Shown here one piece after another: positions 29,481-40,618 of a DNA stretch of 64,000 bases. This DNA comes from an uncultured Verrucomicrobiae bacterium. Lineage in GTDB: Bacteria > Verrucomicrobiota > Verrucomicrobiia > Chthoniobacterales > JAFAMB01. The notes under the pieces were generated by a model. That model made no database searches. It was not told where the DNA came from and worked only from the letters and a program-made list of their open reading frames with translations. Made by a program: the position numbers and the translations under genes. How positions within the stretch are numbered: position 1 is the first letter of the stretch; the number at the start of each line of letters is the position of its first letter. The stretch is taken from the NCBI GenBank assembly GCA_963762565.1, contig CAVXLD010000003.1, positions 416,001 to 480,000 on the forward strand. The letters run 5' to 3'.

Positions 29481-30371
29481 TTATTGCACTTCTAAGTGAA
29501 AAAACGTGGCTGATTCCCAGCCATCGAAAGTTGCGGCGAGGGGCCACGATCCGCTGGATGGAATGTCACTGGTATTGAAGTTAATGAGTTCCGCCGTGTA
29601 AACGACACCCGTCTCGAGAGAATCAATGATCGCCTGCGGGATGACAAATGAAGGGGTCGTGCCGCCGACGACATATTCCTGGTAGAGTGATTGAGTGGAT
29701 TTAGTTCCCTGCCCGAGCGGAAGAATGACAAGCTTGATCTCAGTTGAAGGAGCGCCGGTAGTAGTGTAGCCCAAGTTTAAAGTAAAATCCGCATTCGGAT
29801 TGATCTGCTTGGCTTGGCGAAAGCTATTGTCGATCAGATAGGGTATGGCCGGATAGTTATCAGCATTGATCGGAAGTGTACCCGATTCGCCCGCGAACGA
29901 GCCGCCTCGCGCGGTGAAGGTGTAGGCATCTCCCACAGGAAAGGCAGCGTCTAAATCGGTCGACGTCGCATAGGCGAGGAGCCCGAAAAAATTCTGCTGA
30001 TCGGTGGTAGTCAACTTTAGGGTCTTAACCGCGGTAACGGTGAAGTGATTGGCAGTCGCCGGCGGGGTAACGGCGGCATACCCCTACTGTGCATAACTGA
30101 ATGTCGTGCTCGGAGCGGTGTTATCGGCGGTCTGCCTGTAGAACGCCAGTTTCGCAGCTCCGAACTCCGAGACCGTCTGCGTAATATCCGTGTGCAACAG
30201 ATCCGGACGATACAGGCTATGCGACTCAGGCGACGCCTGTGCCGGAGTCACCGGAAGAACGGCAGCAATCGAAATGGCTAAGGAGCTGAGACTAACAGCC
30301 CGCTTTATTGATGATCCCAGGCAAAGCAAGCGCCCGCCTGAATCGTGATTATTTTGATCGAGTCTATTCAT
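29481..30371 (-). pseudogene. Secreted protein interrupted by one in-frame TAG at 30086-30084
   Basis: Signal peptide ...PAQA; FSYAQ*GYAAVTPP... continues in frame into ORF 29481-30014. Confidence 0.7.
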
Positions 30372-30676
30372 TTTTAGGGTCTTTCTCGTTACCACGAACC
30401 CTGGAATCATCGGTAACGTGCTCATTACCTGGAGATTGGAAACCAGCGCCGATATACTCGAAAAAGAGTGTTTTTTTTGAAGGGGGCTGGAGCGGGTTTG
30501 AGCGTTCCCGTTTCGGAACCTCCTCGGTAGCGGTCCCAAAGCCGCCACGCAGCCGCCGGGCACCTGTTTCTTCTTAACAGGGGCGCGACGCTTTCGCCCT
30601 TTGGGTATGAGCCGTCAACGGGGTTGGCGAAAGGGGGGCCTGCCGCGCTGTAGCCCGCGAGGGACGAGCGGGCGAA

Positions 30677-30747
30677 AGCGGGTGAAGGGAATCGAACCCT
30701 CGTGTGTAGCTTGGGAAGCTACCGTTCTACCATTGAACTACACCCGC
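30677..30747 (-). tRNA. tRNA-Gly(CCC), CCA not encoded
   Basis: GCGGGTGTAGTTCAATGGTAGAACGGTAGCTTCCCAAGCTACACACGAGGGTTCGATTCCCTTCACCCGCT cloverleaf. Confidence 0.97.
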
Positions 30748-31136
30748 GTATGACAATTGGTTCAGGCCGGAACTCGACCAATAGGATGGATGAAGATGGT
30801 AGCCGCTTTAGGCAATGACGCAAGCCGAAGAACAATGGCTCAAACGGCGCTGAGAAAATTTTGCCGGCTACAGAACCGGCGTTAGAAGATGGCTGATGGC
30901 TGTCGCAATTTGCCGATAGAGCTGCGCGCCACTGGGACGTTCCCGGGAGCCGCCTGTCTACCCCGAAGGCTTTCGGTGGCTGCCAACTCACAGAGCTGCG
31001 GCGTTATAAAGCGGCTCCCCTCCAGGCGCTGGGTCAGCGACGTTCTGTTTTTTATTCGCGTCCATTCGCGGTCGTGTTCGACATCAACGCGAATCCAGGC
31101 TACTATCGTTGTGCCCTTTTACGGGCAGAATGATTA

Positions 31137-33302
31137 ATGGGTGTTTCTAAAGGTGTGGCTCAGCCGCTTGATCAGCGTGTATTGAGCTTTCTGGGCAGCA
31201 ATAAATATCAGCCGCTGAACAAGACCGATTTGGCGAAGAAGCTTGGTGTTTCGGTCGATGAGCGAGCGCGTTTCAGAAAACTGCTTGCGGAGCTCGAATC
31301 GGCAGGAAAAATCACGCGAATCCGGAAGGATCGCTACGTTTTACCGCGGGCGGCTGATCTGATCGTAGGGACGATTCTGATCAACCCGCAAGGGTTCGGT
31401 TACGTGCTGAATGAGACGGGCGATGGGCAGGGGGACGTCTATATTCCGGCGAGCCAGACCAGTACGGCGCTCCATCGTGACCGGGTGGTGGCACGGATTA
31501 ACGATGAAGAAGTCACCCTGATTCGTGAGCGGCGAAAGCGGGCCGGCAAAGTCATCAAAATTTTGGAGCGCGTTAATACTCGCGTCGTGGGGACTCTTCA
31601 GCAGACCCAGAAGTTCTTTTATGTGGTTCCGGATGACCCGTATCTGGTTCACGACATTTATGTGCCGCTGACTCCAGATGCAACCGGACGAAAGCCGGCG
31701 ATTAATGACAAGGTAGTGGTGCGCCTGAGCGCTTGGGAAAACCGGCATGTCAGCCCGGAGGGCGAGATCATCGAAGTTCTGGGGTCGTCGAAAGACCCGA
31801 GAGTCGAGGTGCTCGGTATCATCAAGAAGCACGGATTACCTACGGATTTCCCTAAGGCAGTGCTCAATGAAGCAGGCGAGATTCCGGCCGAAATTTCTCA
31901 GGCTGAGCTCGATAAACGGCTTGATGTCCGCCATCTGCCGGTGTTCACGATCGACCCGGATGACGCCCGGGATTTCGACGATGCGATTCACGTTGTTCCC
32001 ACCGACGACGGATGGGAAGTCGGTGTTCACATCGCCGACGTATCGCATTATGTCAGGCCGCACTCCGCGTTGGACCAGGAAGCCTATCAGCGTGGCAATA
32101 GCGTCTATTTACCTGATCGGGTGATTCCGATGTTGCCGGAGCGATTATCCAACGGTGTTTGTAGCTTGCGCCCGGACGAAGATCATCTCACGAAGAGTGT
32201 ACTGGTCTACTTTGACCGGACGGGGAAACCGAAAGGACACAAATTTGCTGCAACCGTCATTCGGAGCGGAAGCCGGTTAACATACGGAGAAGCGTATGAA
32301 CGCTTAAACGGCCACCACAAAGATGAGTTAACCCGGAACTTGAAACAGGCTTGGGAGCTGGCGTCGAAGTTGCGTCAAAAACGGTTTCAGAACGGCGCTC
32401 TCGACCTGGATATGCCGGAGGTCAGAGTGAAGGTTGATGCGAACGGGCGCGGGGTCGGCGTGATCCAGGAGGTCAACGACATCTCTCACCAGTTGATCGA
32501 AGAATTCATGCTCCTGGCCAATGAGATCGTCGGGCGTGAGACCAAGATTCATAAGACTGTTAGCGTCTATCGAGTGCATGATGATCCGGATCCGGACAAA
32601 TTGATGGAGTTTCGCGAATTTCTCCTATCGCACGGGATCCAGGCCGGAGATCTGAGCCAGCGAACCGAGATGCAAAAGCTGTTGAAGAAGATTGAGGGGC
32701 GAGAAAATGAGGCAGCTTTGAAAGTGAATTTACTTCGGAGCCTTAAAAAAGCTGGTTATTCGCCATTACCACTAGGACACTACGGATTAGCTAAATCCGA
32801 TTACAGCCATTTCACGAGCCCGATTCGGCGGTATGCAGACCTGCTGACTCACCGGGCATTTAACGTTTTACTTGGACGCCGAAACGGGAGTTGGATCGTA
32901 GAAAATGCTGGGAAACAGTTAGTGCGTTCGAATCAGTTAGAGTCAGTGTGCGAACATCTGGCTTTGACTGAGCGGTTGGCAGCGGAAGCGGAACGGGAAG
33001 CGACGCGCTTAAAAAAACTAGAATTTCTAGAATCACTAGTTAGGAAACCGCATCGATTTGCTGGTATCGTATCTGAAGTTCGTAACTATGGACTGTTAGT
33101 AGAAGTGCCGGAGATCTTGATGACCGGGCTCGTTCACGTCAGCTCACTAGAAGACGATTTTTTCAGGTTTGATGCTGTTCGGCGGCGATTAGTGGGCCGA
33201 AATCGGCAGCGCATCTACCAAGCTGGAGATCATATTTGGGTAAGAGTTTCGCGAGTAGACCGATTTAAACAACAGATCGACTTCACGGTAGTGAGCGACT
33301 GA
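31137..33302 (+). CDS. rnr: Ribonuclease R
   Basis: FTIDPDDARDFDDA, HIADVSHY, HFTSPIRRYADL, C-terminal S1 domain. Confidence 0.97.
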   Translation: MGVSKGVAQPLDQRVLSFLGSNKYQPLNKTDLAKKLGVSVDERARFRKLLAELESAGKITRIRKDRYVLPRAADLIVGTILINPQGFGYVLNETGDGQGDVYIPASQTSTALHRDRVVARINDEEVTLIRERRKRAGKVIKILERVNTRVVGTLQQTQKFFYVVPDDPYLVHDIYVPLTPDATGRKPAINDKVVVRLSAWENRHVSPEGEIIEVLGSSKDPRVEVLGIIKKHGLPTDFPKAVLNEAGEIPAEISQAELDKRLDVRHLPVFTIDPDDARDFDDAIHVVPTDDGWEVGVHIADVSHYVRPHSALDQEAYQRGNSVYLPDRVIPMLPERLSNGVCSLRPDEDHLTKSVLVYFDRTGKPKGHKFAATVIRSGSRLTYGEAYERLNGHHKDELTRNLKQAWELASKLRQKRFQNGALDLDMPEVRVKVDANGRGVGVIQEVNDISHQLIEEFMLLANEIVGRETKIHKTVSVYRVHDDPDPDKLMEFREFLLSHGIQAGDLSQRTEMQKLLKKIEGRENEAALKVNLLRSLKKAGYSPLPLGHYGLAKSDYSHFTSPIRRYADLLTHRAFNVLLGRRNGSWIVENAGKQLVRSNQLESVCEHLALTERLAAEAEREATRLKKLEFLESLVRKPHRFAGIVSEVRNYGLLVEVPEILMTGLVHVSSLEDDFFRFDAVRRRLVGRNRQRIYQAGDHIWVRVSRVDRFKQQIDFTVVSD

Positions 33303-33446
33303 GGCGTAAAGTCGAATTCGTTACATATTTGCTATTTACGTAGCTCAGATTTTGTGGCACTTAAGAAGATTCTCTAAAACAAGCTTTGGTTTCAGTCCAA
33401 GGCGCCAAATGGTGTAATGGTATCGGTATCCCTCCAAAAAAATGTC

Positions 33447-33662
33447 ATGGACAATGTCATCGTAACCAGAGAGTTGCAGGTTGAGCGTAAGCATTTCTAT
33501 ATAGAGTTCCGAGAGAACGAACGCGGCCGGTTTATGCGGATTACTGAAGAAGCGCATGGCAGGCGTAATACGATCATCATTCCGAGTACGGGTTTGGACG
33601 ACTTTATGTCCGCCGCGGGCGAAGTGATTCAATCGGCGGATCGAGTTCCGGCAGCTTCCTGA
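33447..33662 (+). CDS. Single PUR-repeat (PurA/DUF3276-like) nucleic-acid-binding protein
   Basis: LQVERKHFYIEFRENERGRFMRITE...RRNTIIIP. Confidence 0.8.
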   Translation: MDNVIVTRELQVERKHFYIEFRENERGRFMRITEEAHGRRNTIIIPSTGLDDFMSAAGEVIQSADRVPAAS

Positions 33663-33710
33663 TAACTCTCTGCAGGCGTGTGAGCGCCTGAAAAAAGAAG
33701 ATTCCCCCCA

Positions 33711-33758
33711 AGCCTGCATCGCTTAAAAATGCTGAGACATTTTTAAGCGATGCAGGCT
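33711..33758. other. Perfect 21-bp stem hairpin with 6-nt loop
   Basis: AGCCTGCATCGCTTAAAAATG-CTGAGA-CATTTTTAAGCGATGCAGGCT. Confidence 0.85.
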
Positions 33759-33995
33759 ACGGCAAAAATACACTGGCTAACGCCAGCATATTTTTGCTTC
33801 TTTCACGGGCCCTTATTCAATCCGCTCTGAGGGGTTTTCGTGTCTGTGAACGACCCATGACGCCGTCTTCAAGACGACTGCGCTGCGTGAGTCTTCGACC
33901 GCTGCCGCAGAATGGCCCGGCGGTAGCGGACCATTCTGCGGCCATAGCCCGCGCCGGTCTCAAATGACGGATCCATTTGAGACCGGCGCGGGCCA

Positions 33996-34023
33996 TTGAC
34001 ACACCCCGACGCTTCGTTAGTTT
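33996..34023 (+). promoter_or_regulatory. Possible sigma70 promoter of ppdK
   Basis: TTGACA-N16-TAGTTT. Confidence 0.4.
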
Positions 34024-34089
34024 GACCGTTCTGACGGCGAGGAACGGCCCCGCGTCAGCCTGTATTCGTCACCGACCCCTAATCTTTTT

Positions 34090-36870
34090 ATGGCAAGAAA
34101 ACTCAAGAAAAGGCCCGCTCTCAAGGAGCAGCGCTCGAGCAAGAAAAAGGCTGAAAAAACTGCATCCACCAAAAAGACCCGCTACGTTTACTACTTTGGT
34201 GATGGCAAGGCGGACGGCAACGGCTCGATGAAGCCTTTGCTCGGAGGGAAAGGAGCCAATCTGCATGAGATGACTCGTATCGGGCTGCCGGTTCCTCCGG
34301 GTTTTACCATTACGACCGAAGTCTGCACTTATTTCTACGACAACAAGAAGACCTATCCTTCTGAGCTCGAGGACCAGGTTGCTTCGTCATTGCGCAAGAT
34401 CGAGAAGTCGGTCGGCAAGAAACTGGGTGATCGTGACAATCCGCTGTTGCTGTCTGTCCGTTCCGGCGCACGCGACTCGATGCCGGGGATGATGGACACG
34501 ATTTTGAACCTGGGGATGAATGACGAAGTGGTGGAGATCGTCGCCGAGAAGAGCGGTAACCCCCGTTTCGCTTGGGATTCTTATCGCCGTTTCCTGCAGA
34601 TGTATGGAGACGTGGTCATGGGAGTGCAAAAAGGCCCGGACGAAGACCACGAACCGTTCGAGACAGTGATCGAAGAGGTTAAACATGAGGCCGGTGCAGA
34701 GAAAGACACCGACCTGTCGGTTGAAGATCTGCAAACCTTGGTCGAACGCTTTAAGCAACTCATTAAAGAGCGCACTGGGAAGACATTTCCGCAGGATCCG
34801 CAGCAACAACTCTGGGGCTCGATTGGAGCTGTGTTTGGTTCCTGGAACAATGACCGGGCGATCGTCTACCGCCGGAAATACGGGATTCCTCACGAATGGG
34901 GAACCGCAGTGAACGTGCAGACGATGGTGTTTGGAAATCGGGGCGAGAACAGTGCGACCGGGGTTGCGTTTACCCGGGATCCGGCCAGCGGAGAGAAAGT
35001 CTTCTACGGTGAATACCTGATCAACGCTCAGGGTGAAGATGTGGTGGCAGGTGTGCGAACGCCGCACCCGGTGGCGCACCTGGCGAAGGAGATGCCGGCT
35101 GCCCATAAAGAACTGCTCAAAGTACGCAGCACTCTGGAGCACCATTTCCGGGACATGCAGGACCTCGAGTTCACGGTCGAAGAAAACAAGCTTTACATTC
35201 TGCAAACCCGAAACGGCAAACGCACCGGCTTGGCGGCCGTGCGGATTGCGACCGACATGGTAGCGGAGAAGTTAATTAAGAAGGAGGAAGCGGTAGCTCG
35301 CATTCCGGCTGATTCTCTCTCGCATCTTTTGGCGCCGATTTTCGACCGAAACAGCGTCAAACAAGCCAAAAAAATTGCGACTGGTCTACCGGCTGGTCCC
35401 GGTGCAGCGACGGGGCGGTTGGTGTTCAACGCGAAGGACGCGGTTGATATGGCGCACAAAGGCGAACCCGTGATTCTCGCACGTATTGAAACCTCACCTG
35501 AGGATTTGCGTGGAATGATTGCGGCAGAAGGGATTCTAACGGCGCGCGGCGGGGTTTCGTCGCACGCTGCGCTGGTGGCGCGTCAGATGGGTAAAGTGTG
35601 CGTGTGCGGCGCCTCGGCTCTGCGCATCGATTACACCGCCCAAACGCTGACCGCGGGAGACCTGACCTTAAAGCAAGGCGATTTCATCTCCATCGACGGT
35701 ACCGTCGGTGAGGTCTATGCGGGTGAGGTGAAGACCGCCGCTTCCGAAGTTGTACAAGTGCTGGTCGAAAAGAAACTCGATCCGAAGAAGAGCCAGGTCT
35801 ATCAGGAATTCTCGTCGTTGATGAGCTGGGCGGACAAGCTCCGCAAGCTCGATGTCCGGACCAATGCAGACACTCCTGAACAGGTAGCGACCGCAATCGC
35901 GTTTGGCGCCAAAGGGATTGGACTTTGCCGAACCGAGCACATGTTCTTCGAAGGAGATCGTATCGATGCGATGCGGGAGATGATCCTGGCGCAGACACTG
36001 GAAGAACGAAAAGAGGCCTTGGAAAAACTGCTGCCGTATCAGAAGGAAGACTTTGTCGGTATTTTCAAAGAGTTGAAGGGTCTACCGGCCACAATCCGTC
36101 TGTTGGATCCGCCATTGCATGAGTTTTTACCGCACACGGAAGCTCAGCAAGCGGACCTGGCCAAGAAGCTCGGAGTGCCGGCGGAGCGGATCGCTCGTCG
36201 AGTTGAGGAACTCCATGAATTCAATCCGATGCTCGGACATCGTGGCTGCCGTCTCGGAATTAGTTTCCCTGAGGTGACCGAGATGCAGGCGCGGGCGATC
36301 TTTCAAGCCGCGGTCGAAGTCCAAAAGTCCGGGATCAAAGTAAAACCGGAAGTCATGATTCCGTTGGTCGGTTTCCCGAAGGAGCTAGCGCTTCAGCTGG
36401 AGATTGTTCATCGGGTCGCCGCGGAAGTATCGAAGGCGAATAAGGTGAAGCTGAACTACTTAGTCGGCACCATGATTGAGATCCCGCGTGGCGCGATCGT
36501 GGCCGATGAAATCGCGAAGGATGCGCAATTCTTCAGCTTTGGTACGAACGACCTGACCCAGACCACGCTTGGTATGAGCCGGGACGATTCTGGCAGTTTC
36601 TTGCCCCATTATCAGGAGCTCGAGATCGTCAAGAACAATCCGTTTGCCACTATCGACCGAAGCGGCGTTGGGAAGCTCATGGAGATCGCGCGGGATCAAG
36701 GTCGTAAGACCCGGCCGGACATCAAGCTCGGCATCTGTGGCGAACACGGCGGCGATCCGAACAGCGTTAAATTCTGCCATACGCTTGGCCTGGATTATGT
36801 GAGCTGCAGCCCGTTCCGGATTCCGGTGGCTCGCTTGGCCGCAGCCCAGGCTGCGCTCGAAAAGAAGTGA
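34090..36870 (+). CDS. ppdK: Pyruvate phosphate dikinase
   Basis: [48 protein letters not shown]. Confidence 0.98.
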   Translation: MARKLKKRPALKEQRSSKKKAEKTASTKKTRYVYYFGDGKADGNGSMKPLLGGKGANLHEMTRIGLPVPPGFTITTEVCTYFYDNKKTYPSELEDQVASSLRKIEKSVGKKLGDRDNPLLLSVRSGARDSMPGMMDTILNLGMNDEVVEIVAEKSGNPRFAWDSYRRFLQMYGDVVMGVQKGPDEDHEPFETVIEEVKHEAGAEKDTDLSVEDLQTLVERFKQLIKERTGKTFPQDPQQQLWGSIGAVFGSWNNDRAIVYRRKYGIPHEWGTAVNVQTMVFGNRGENSATGVAFTRDPASGEKVFYGEYLINAQGEDVVAGVRTPHPVAHLAKEMPAAHKELLKVRSTLEHHFRDMQDLEFTVEENKLYILQTRNGKRTGLAAVRIATDMVAEKLIKKEEAVARIPADSLSHLLAPIFDRNSVKQAKKIATGLPAGPGAATGRLVFNAKDAVDMAHKGEPVILARIETSPEDLRGMIAAEGILTARGGVSSHAALVARQMGKVCVCGASALRIDYTAQTLTAGDLTLKQGDFISIDGTVGEVYAGEVKTAASEVVQVLVEKKLDPKKSQVYQEFSSLMSWADKLRKLDVRTNADTPEQVATAIAFGAKGIGLCRTEHMFFEGDRIDAMREMILAQTLEERKEALEKLLPYQKEDFVGIFKELKGLPATIRLLDPPLHEFLPHTEAQQADLAKKLGVPAERIARRVEELHEFNPMLGHRGCRLGISFPEVTEMQARAIFQAAVEVQKSGIKVKPEVMIPLVGFPKELALQLEIVHRVAAEVSKANKVKLNYLVGTMIEIPRGAIVADEIAKDAQFFSFGTNDLTQTTLGMSRDDSGSFLPHYQELEIVKNNPFATIDRSGVGKLMEIARDQGRKTRPDIKLGICGEHGGDPNSVKFCHTLGLDYVSCSPFRIPVARLAAAQAALEKK

Positions 36871-36973
36871 TTGGTGATTGGTGGACGCCGTCGGCGTCGA
36901 TCGATCGCGGATCGGTGTGCCCGCTTGGGCACGCCGGTTAGGGTGGTAAGCTGTCGAAGGTTGACCAAGTTTG

Positions 36974-37283
36974 CTGGGGCGAGGCTCCCGAACGGCCGAC
37001 TGGCTTTCGCGGCACCGTCGGCTTGGCTTGACAAATAGCGAGCAAGGTCGATCGCGTGCCGAGCCGCGAAAAGCCCAGCGTTTATTTTCGGTTCAAGGGT
37101 TGTGCGGAGATGTAACAATCGATCTGGGCGACGGCGTCGTGTTTGGGTGGACGTGCATCAGGGGTCGGCGGCTCGGCAGTCACTCGGCCCGGTTCTCGTC
37201 CCAGCGGCAACCGATGATCCTCGCTGCGAACAGGGCAGGGTCGTTCGGGAGCCCGCCTACGCCAAGCCTACGGCGCGGCAGGC
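36974..37283. repeat. Family G inverted pair (GGGCGAGGCTCCC) with a family E copy at 37252-37283
   Basis: Related pair at 48191-48215 and 48490-48508. Confidence 0.6.
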
Positions 37284-37372
37284 CCTCGCCCCACCAATCA
37301 GGGACCCTGCGGACCCAGCGCCAATCTGCTATCTGCTATTTGTCATTCCGGCCGAGCCTAAGGCGAGGCCGG

Positions 37373-38302
37373 CTAGTCGCCCGCTCGATGCAAAATGTGG
37401 TGATCGAGGGCGCTCTCAAGATGCGTAGTGACCTTAGCTTTCGGGGTTACTTTGGAGCCAAGCACGTCTTCAATCTCGGTTGCGATCCGGTGGGCATCGC
37501 TTAGTAGCACGCCGGCTGGAAACACCAGGTGAAATTCTACCCATTGCGTATCGCCTAAATCACGGTGGCGCAGGTTGTGATAGGAAATACGCCGGCGCTC
37601 AGTTTCTCGATCCAGGATTTCGATGATGAATTTCTGCACCTTTGGATCGGCCTCATCCATCAGGCCGGAGAAACTGGAATGGACTAACCTGATACCGGTC
37701 ACCACGATGTTCGTCGCGACCAGGATACCGATGATCGGGTCCAGCCAGGTCCAGTGAAGGATTCCGGCTAGAAACAGGGTCGCGAGAACGGCGAGAGAGG
37801 TCCAACAGTCGGCGAACGTATGTTTACCGTTGGCCTCTAAAATCAAAGAATGGTGCCGTTTCGCTACTCGTAACAGAGCGAGCCCGAGAAGACCATTTCC
37901 GGCAGCCGCGATGCCGCTCAGCAAGAGACCAGCGGGAATGTGGGTCAACGGCTCAGGTTGTACCAGTTTTCCAATGGATTCGTCGTAGATGAAGAGAGCG
38001 GCGACCACAATCATGGTCCCTTCAACGCCGGCGGAAAAGAAACCGATTTTAGCGTGACCATAACGATGGGTCTCATCGGCCGGTTTATGCGAGAGGCGGA
38101 GGCTGTAAGCTGCGAATAGGACCCCCACGATATGGACAACGGCTTCTGCAGCGTCGCCCAGCACCGCGGCCGAATTCGTCAGCAGGTAGCCAGCGACTTT
38201 CATCAGAACCATGCCGACGCTGACGCCGACAGACCAACGCATCGCGACATCAACTGGCAGTTCAGTCTGATTTTTGGCCACGGCTTTCCTCTTCCTCAGC
38301 AT
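37373..38302 (-). CDS. Cation diffusion facilitator (FieF-like)
   Basis: SAAVLGDAAE...H, PADETHRYGHAK, H...D motifs. Confidence 0.92.
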   Translation of the reverse strand: MLRKRKAVAKNQTELPVDVAMRWSVGVSVGMVLMKVAGYLLTNSAAVLGDAAEAVVHIVGVLFAAYSLRLSHKPADETHRYGHAKIGFFSAGVEGTMIVVAALFIYDESIGKLVQPEPLTHIPAGLLLSGIAAAGNGLLGLALLRVAKRHHSLILEANGKHTFADCWTSLAVLATLFLAGILHWTWLDPIIGILVATNIVVTGIRLVHSSFSGLMDEADPKVQKFIIEILDRETERRRISYHNLRHRDLGDTQWVEFHLVFPAGVLLSDAHRIATEIEDVLGSKVTPKAKVTTHLESALDHHILHRAGD

Positions 38303-38996
38303 CTTTGAGCCGTATTTTGATCTGTCTAGATAAAAGCCAGCGAACACCGAACATATCGATGGTCGCGCGGAGGGCGCGATTTCCGAAAGTGTACTTGCTG
38401 GCGCCGTGGCGCCGCGGCCGATGATTGACCGGAATTTCCACCAGTTTGTAACCCATCCCTTTGATCAATGCCGGCAAAAATCGGTGCATACCATAGAACG
38501 GAATCAACGCTTCCCGGCATTCTCGTCGCATCGCCTTTAAGGTACAGCCGGTATCGCGGACCCCGTCTTTTGTAAACCGGCTCCGAATTCCGTTAGCAAT
38601 CGTACTTTGGAGTTTTTTGAACCAGTTATCCTGCCGTTTAGCTCGGTAGCCGCAAACGAGGTCGGCACCCTTCTCGATTTCCTCCAGTAGGCGCGGGATA
38701 TCATTAGGATCGTTCTGCAGATCGCTATCCAGGAGAACAAGGACGCGGCCGCGCGCCATGGCTAATCCTGCGTAGATAGCGGCGCTCTGGCCACAATTGC
38801 TCACAAATTGGAGCACGCGAATGCGCGGCGATCGCTGGATTTGCTTGGCTGAATCATCGGTCGACCCGTCATCGACGAACAGGAATTCATGGTCGTAATC
38901 CCGCATCACCGAAAAGAGCTCGGCCTGAAGCTGCGGCAAGCTGGCGGCCTCATTGTAGACCGGGACAATGATGGAGATCTCCGGGCTTTGGTTCAC
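38262..38996 (-). CDS. GT2 polyprenol-phosphate glycosyltransferase (ArnC/DPM1-like)
   Basis: IVPVYNE, VDDGSTD, LDSDLQNDP, HRFLPAL. Confidence 0.92.
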   Translation of the reverse strand: MNQSPEISIIVPVYNEAASLPQLQAELFSVMRDYDHEFLFVDDGSTDDSAKQIQRSPRIRVLQFVSNCGQSAAIYAGLAMARGRVLVLLDSDLQNDPNDIPRLLEEIEKGADLVCGYRAKRQDNWFKKLQSTIANGIRSRFTKDGVRDTGCTLKAMRRECREALIPFYGMHRFLPALIKGMGYKLVEIPVNHRPRRHGASKYTFGNRALRATIDMFGVRWLLSRQIKIRLKDAEEEESRGQKSD

Positions 38997-40618
38997 AGCG
39001 GCAGCGTCTGGTATTGATAGCACGCAAAGATACGAAACTCGTGCAACGGTTCGTTTCGTCGATTGACTTGGAAATGATCAACTAACTCCCAACGGGTAAA
39101 CGAATTTTGCAAATTCTGAGGAGGTGTTTCCTCAGGCGCGTCGGTGATATAGAGGGCGGTGCGATTAATAAATGGGTTCACTCCGGCTTGTTCGCTAAAA
39201 AGCGAGTTTATCTCTGATTTATCCGCCGGCTCAACAAACTCATCGTATCGGGGCCAAAAAGAAAACTCGTTCTCAATATTTTGCGACTCCGGAATGTAGA
39301 TCGGCGGATGACCGGGATCTTCGGCCCTCGGATCCGGCAAATAAAAGGACACCGCAGCTGCCGTTTGATAACGGTTACCGATCAAGAACACCTGCTCGCC
39401 CAGCTTTTGTTCAAAGGCCCTCCTGAATCGTCCGATCTCTGTCCCGGCGGTTTTCCAGCCATGGAGGCCGGCCGTGGGATCGGATGAATAAGCGAAATTG
39501 ATACCGGTAATTCGGAGTAAATCGGTGTCCAAAGCCAGCAACGAACTACCTGCTGCGGTTACTAATGCAACCACCGCAACGATGCGGAGGATTCTGTTCG
39601 GCGGGGGTACATCGAGCCACCAGGCAACCGCCAGCACGCTCAAACTCACAAATCCGAGGGCTATCCAGGAGGGTTGAGTCAAATGTTGAAGGATCACAAT
39701 CAAACCGATGAGCAGGATCGGCCAACCGAAGCTTAAAAGAAAAGAGACCTTAGTACTGCGGAGCGCTCTCGGTATCGAGGCGATCACGGCTGTGATCAAG
39801 GCGACCAAAAAGAGCGGTGACCAAAGCAGCAGTTGATGTCCGATAACTTGGAAGACAGCGCATAAGCGAGCCGGTAGATGCGCACGGGATCCAATCTCGC
39901 TCGATAACGGAACGAGTCCGATCCAGTCGTGCCGCAGGTTCCAAATGATCGGCGCGGCCAGGAATAAGCAAAACACGCCAAACAGAACGTAAACGCCGGG
40001 TCGTCGGAATTCGCGGCGATGTTTTGCGGAGGTAAGCAAAAAAATGAGGACCGAGATCAGCTCAAAAGCGTTTTGGTAGTTAGAAAGAAAACCACAGCCA
40101 ATAAGAAATCCGGTTAGTGCCCAAAATGGGAGGCGATTTGAGCGCTCTTGAACCGCTGACCAGAAGGTTGCCACGGCTGCGGTCCAGAAAAAGAGTGAGA
40201 GGGAATCTATGCCGATGAAACTCGCTTGCAGGTTGAAGAACGGCGTGAGATTGAGAAGGACTACCAGCCAGAACGCAATGCGCTCTCGGTAGAGTTGGCG
40301 GGCTAGGAAATAGAGAAGTAACGAGGTCCCAAAAGCCAACCAAGGGCTCAACAATCGAACGCCTAGCTCGGAATGCCCTAAGATCGAGGCGCTAAGAAGA
40401 ATGGACAAAGCAACGCCAGGTCCATTGGAGTAATAGCAAACGTTCGGGTGTTGCGCCCACAAGTAATAATAGGCTTCATCAGGCGAAAGCTCAGAGTAGG
40501 CGCCCCAGACGAGTCTGGCGCATGTAAGAGCGAGCAGAAACGAGAAGAGAATCCAGCTTGTCCGACGAAGCATATGGAGGTTCAAACGAAAGAGCGAAGT
40601 CGCCGACCGCGACGTCAT
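38993..40618 (-). CDS. GT-C glycosyltransferase (ArnT/PMT family)
   Basis: PDEAYYYLW, multi-TM N-terminus, periplasmic C-terminus. Confidence 0.88.
   Translation of the reverse strand: MTSRSATSLFRLNLHMLRRTSWILFSFLLALTCARLVWGAYSELSPDEAYYYLWAQHPNVCYYSNGPGVALSILLSASILGHSELGVRLLSPWLAFGTSLLLYFLARQLYRERIAFWLVVLLNLTPFFNLQASFIGIDSLSLFFWTAAVATFWSAVQERSNRLPFWALTGFLIGCGFLSNYQNAFELISVLIFLLTSAKHRREFRRPGVYVLFGVFCLFLAAPIIWNLRHDWIGLVPLSSEIGSRAHLPARLCAVFQVIGHQLLLWSPLFLVALITAVIASIPRALRSTKVSFLLSFGWPILLIGLIVILQHLTQPSWIALGFVSLSVLAVAWWLDVPPPNRILRIVAVVALVTAAGSSLLALDTDLLRITGINFAYSSDPTAGLHGWKTAGTEIGRFRRAFEQKLGEQVFLIGNRYQTAAAVSFYLPDPRAEDPGHPPIYIPESQNIENEFSFWPRYDEFVEPADKSEINSLFSEQAGVNPFINRTALYITDAPEETPPQNLQNSFTRWELVDHFQVNRRNEPLHEFRIFACYQYQTLPL

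Noticed and set aside
27900..30680. Integrative island at tRNA-Gly
   Set aside because: Hypothetical genes lie downstream of the tRNA, but there is no integrase and no duplicated tRNA 3' end in the window
34387..35205. Long antisense ORFs within ppdK, acs, rnr and gltI
   Set aside because: Shadow ORFs expected opposite strongly codon-biased genes; no recognisable motifs
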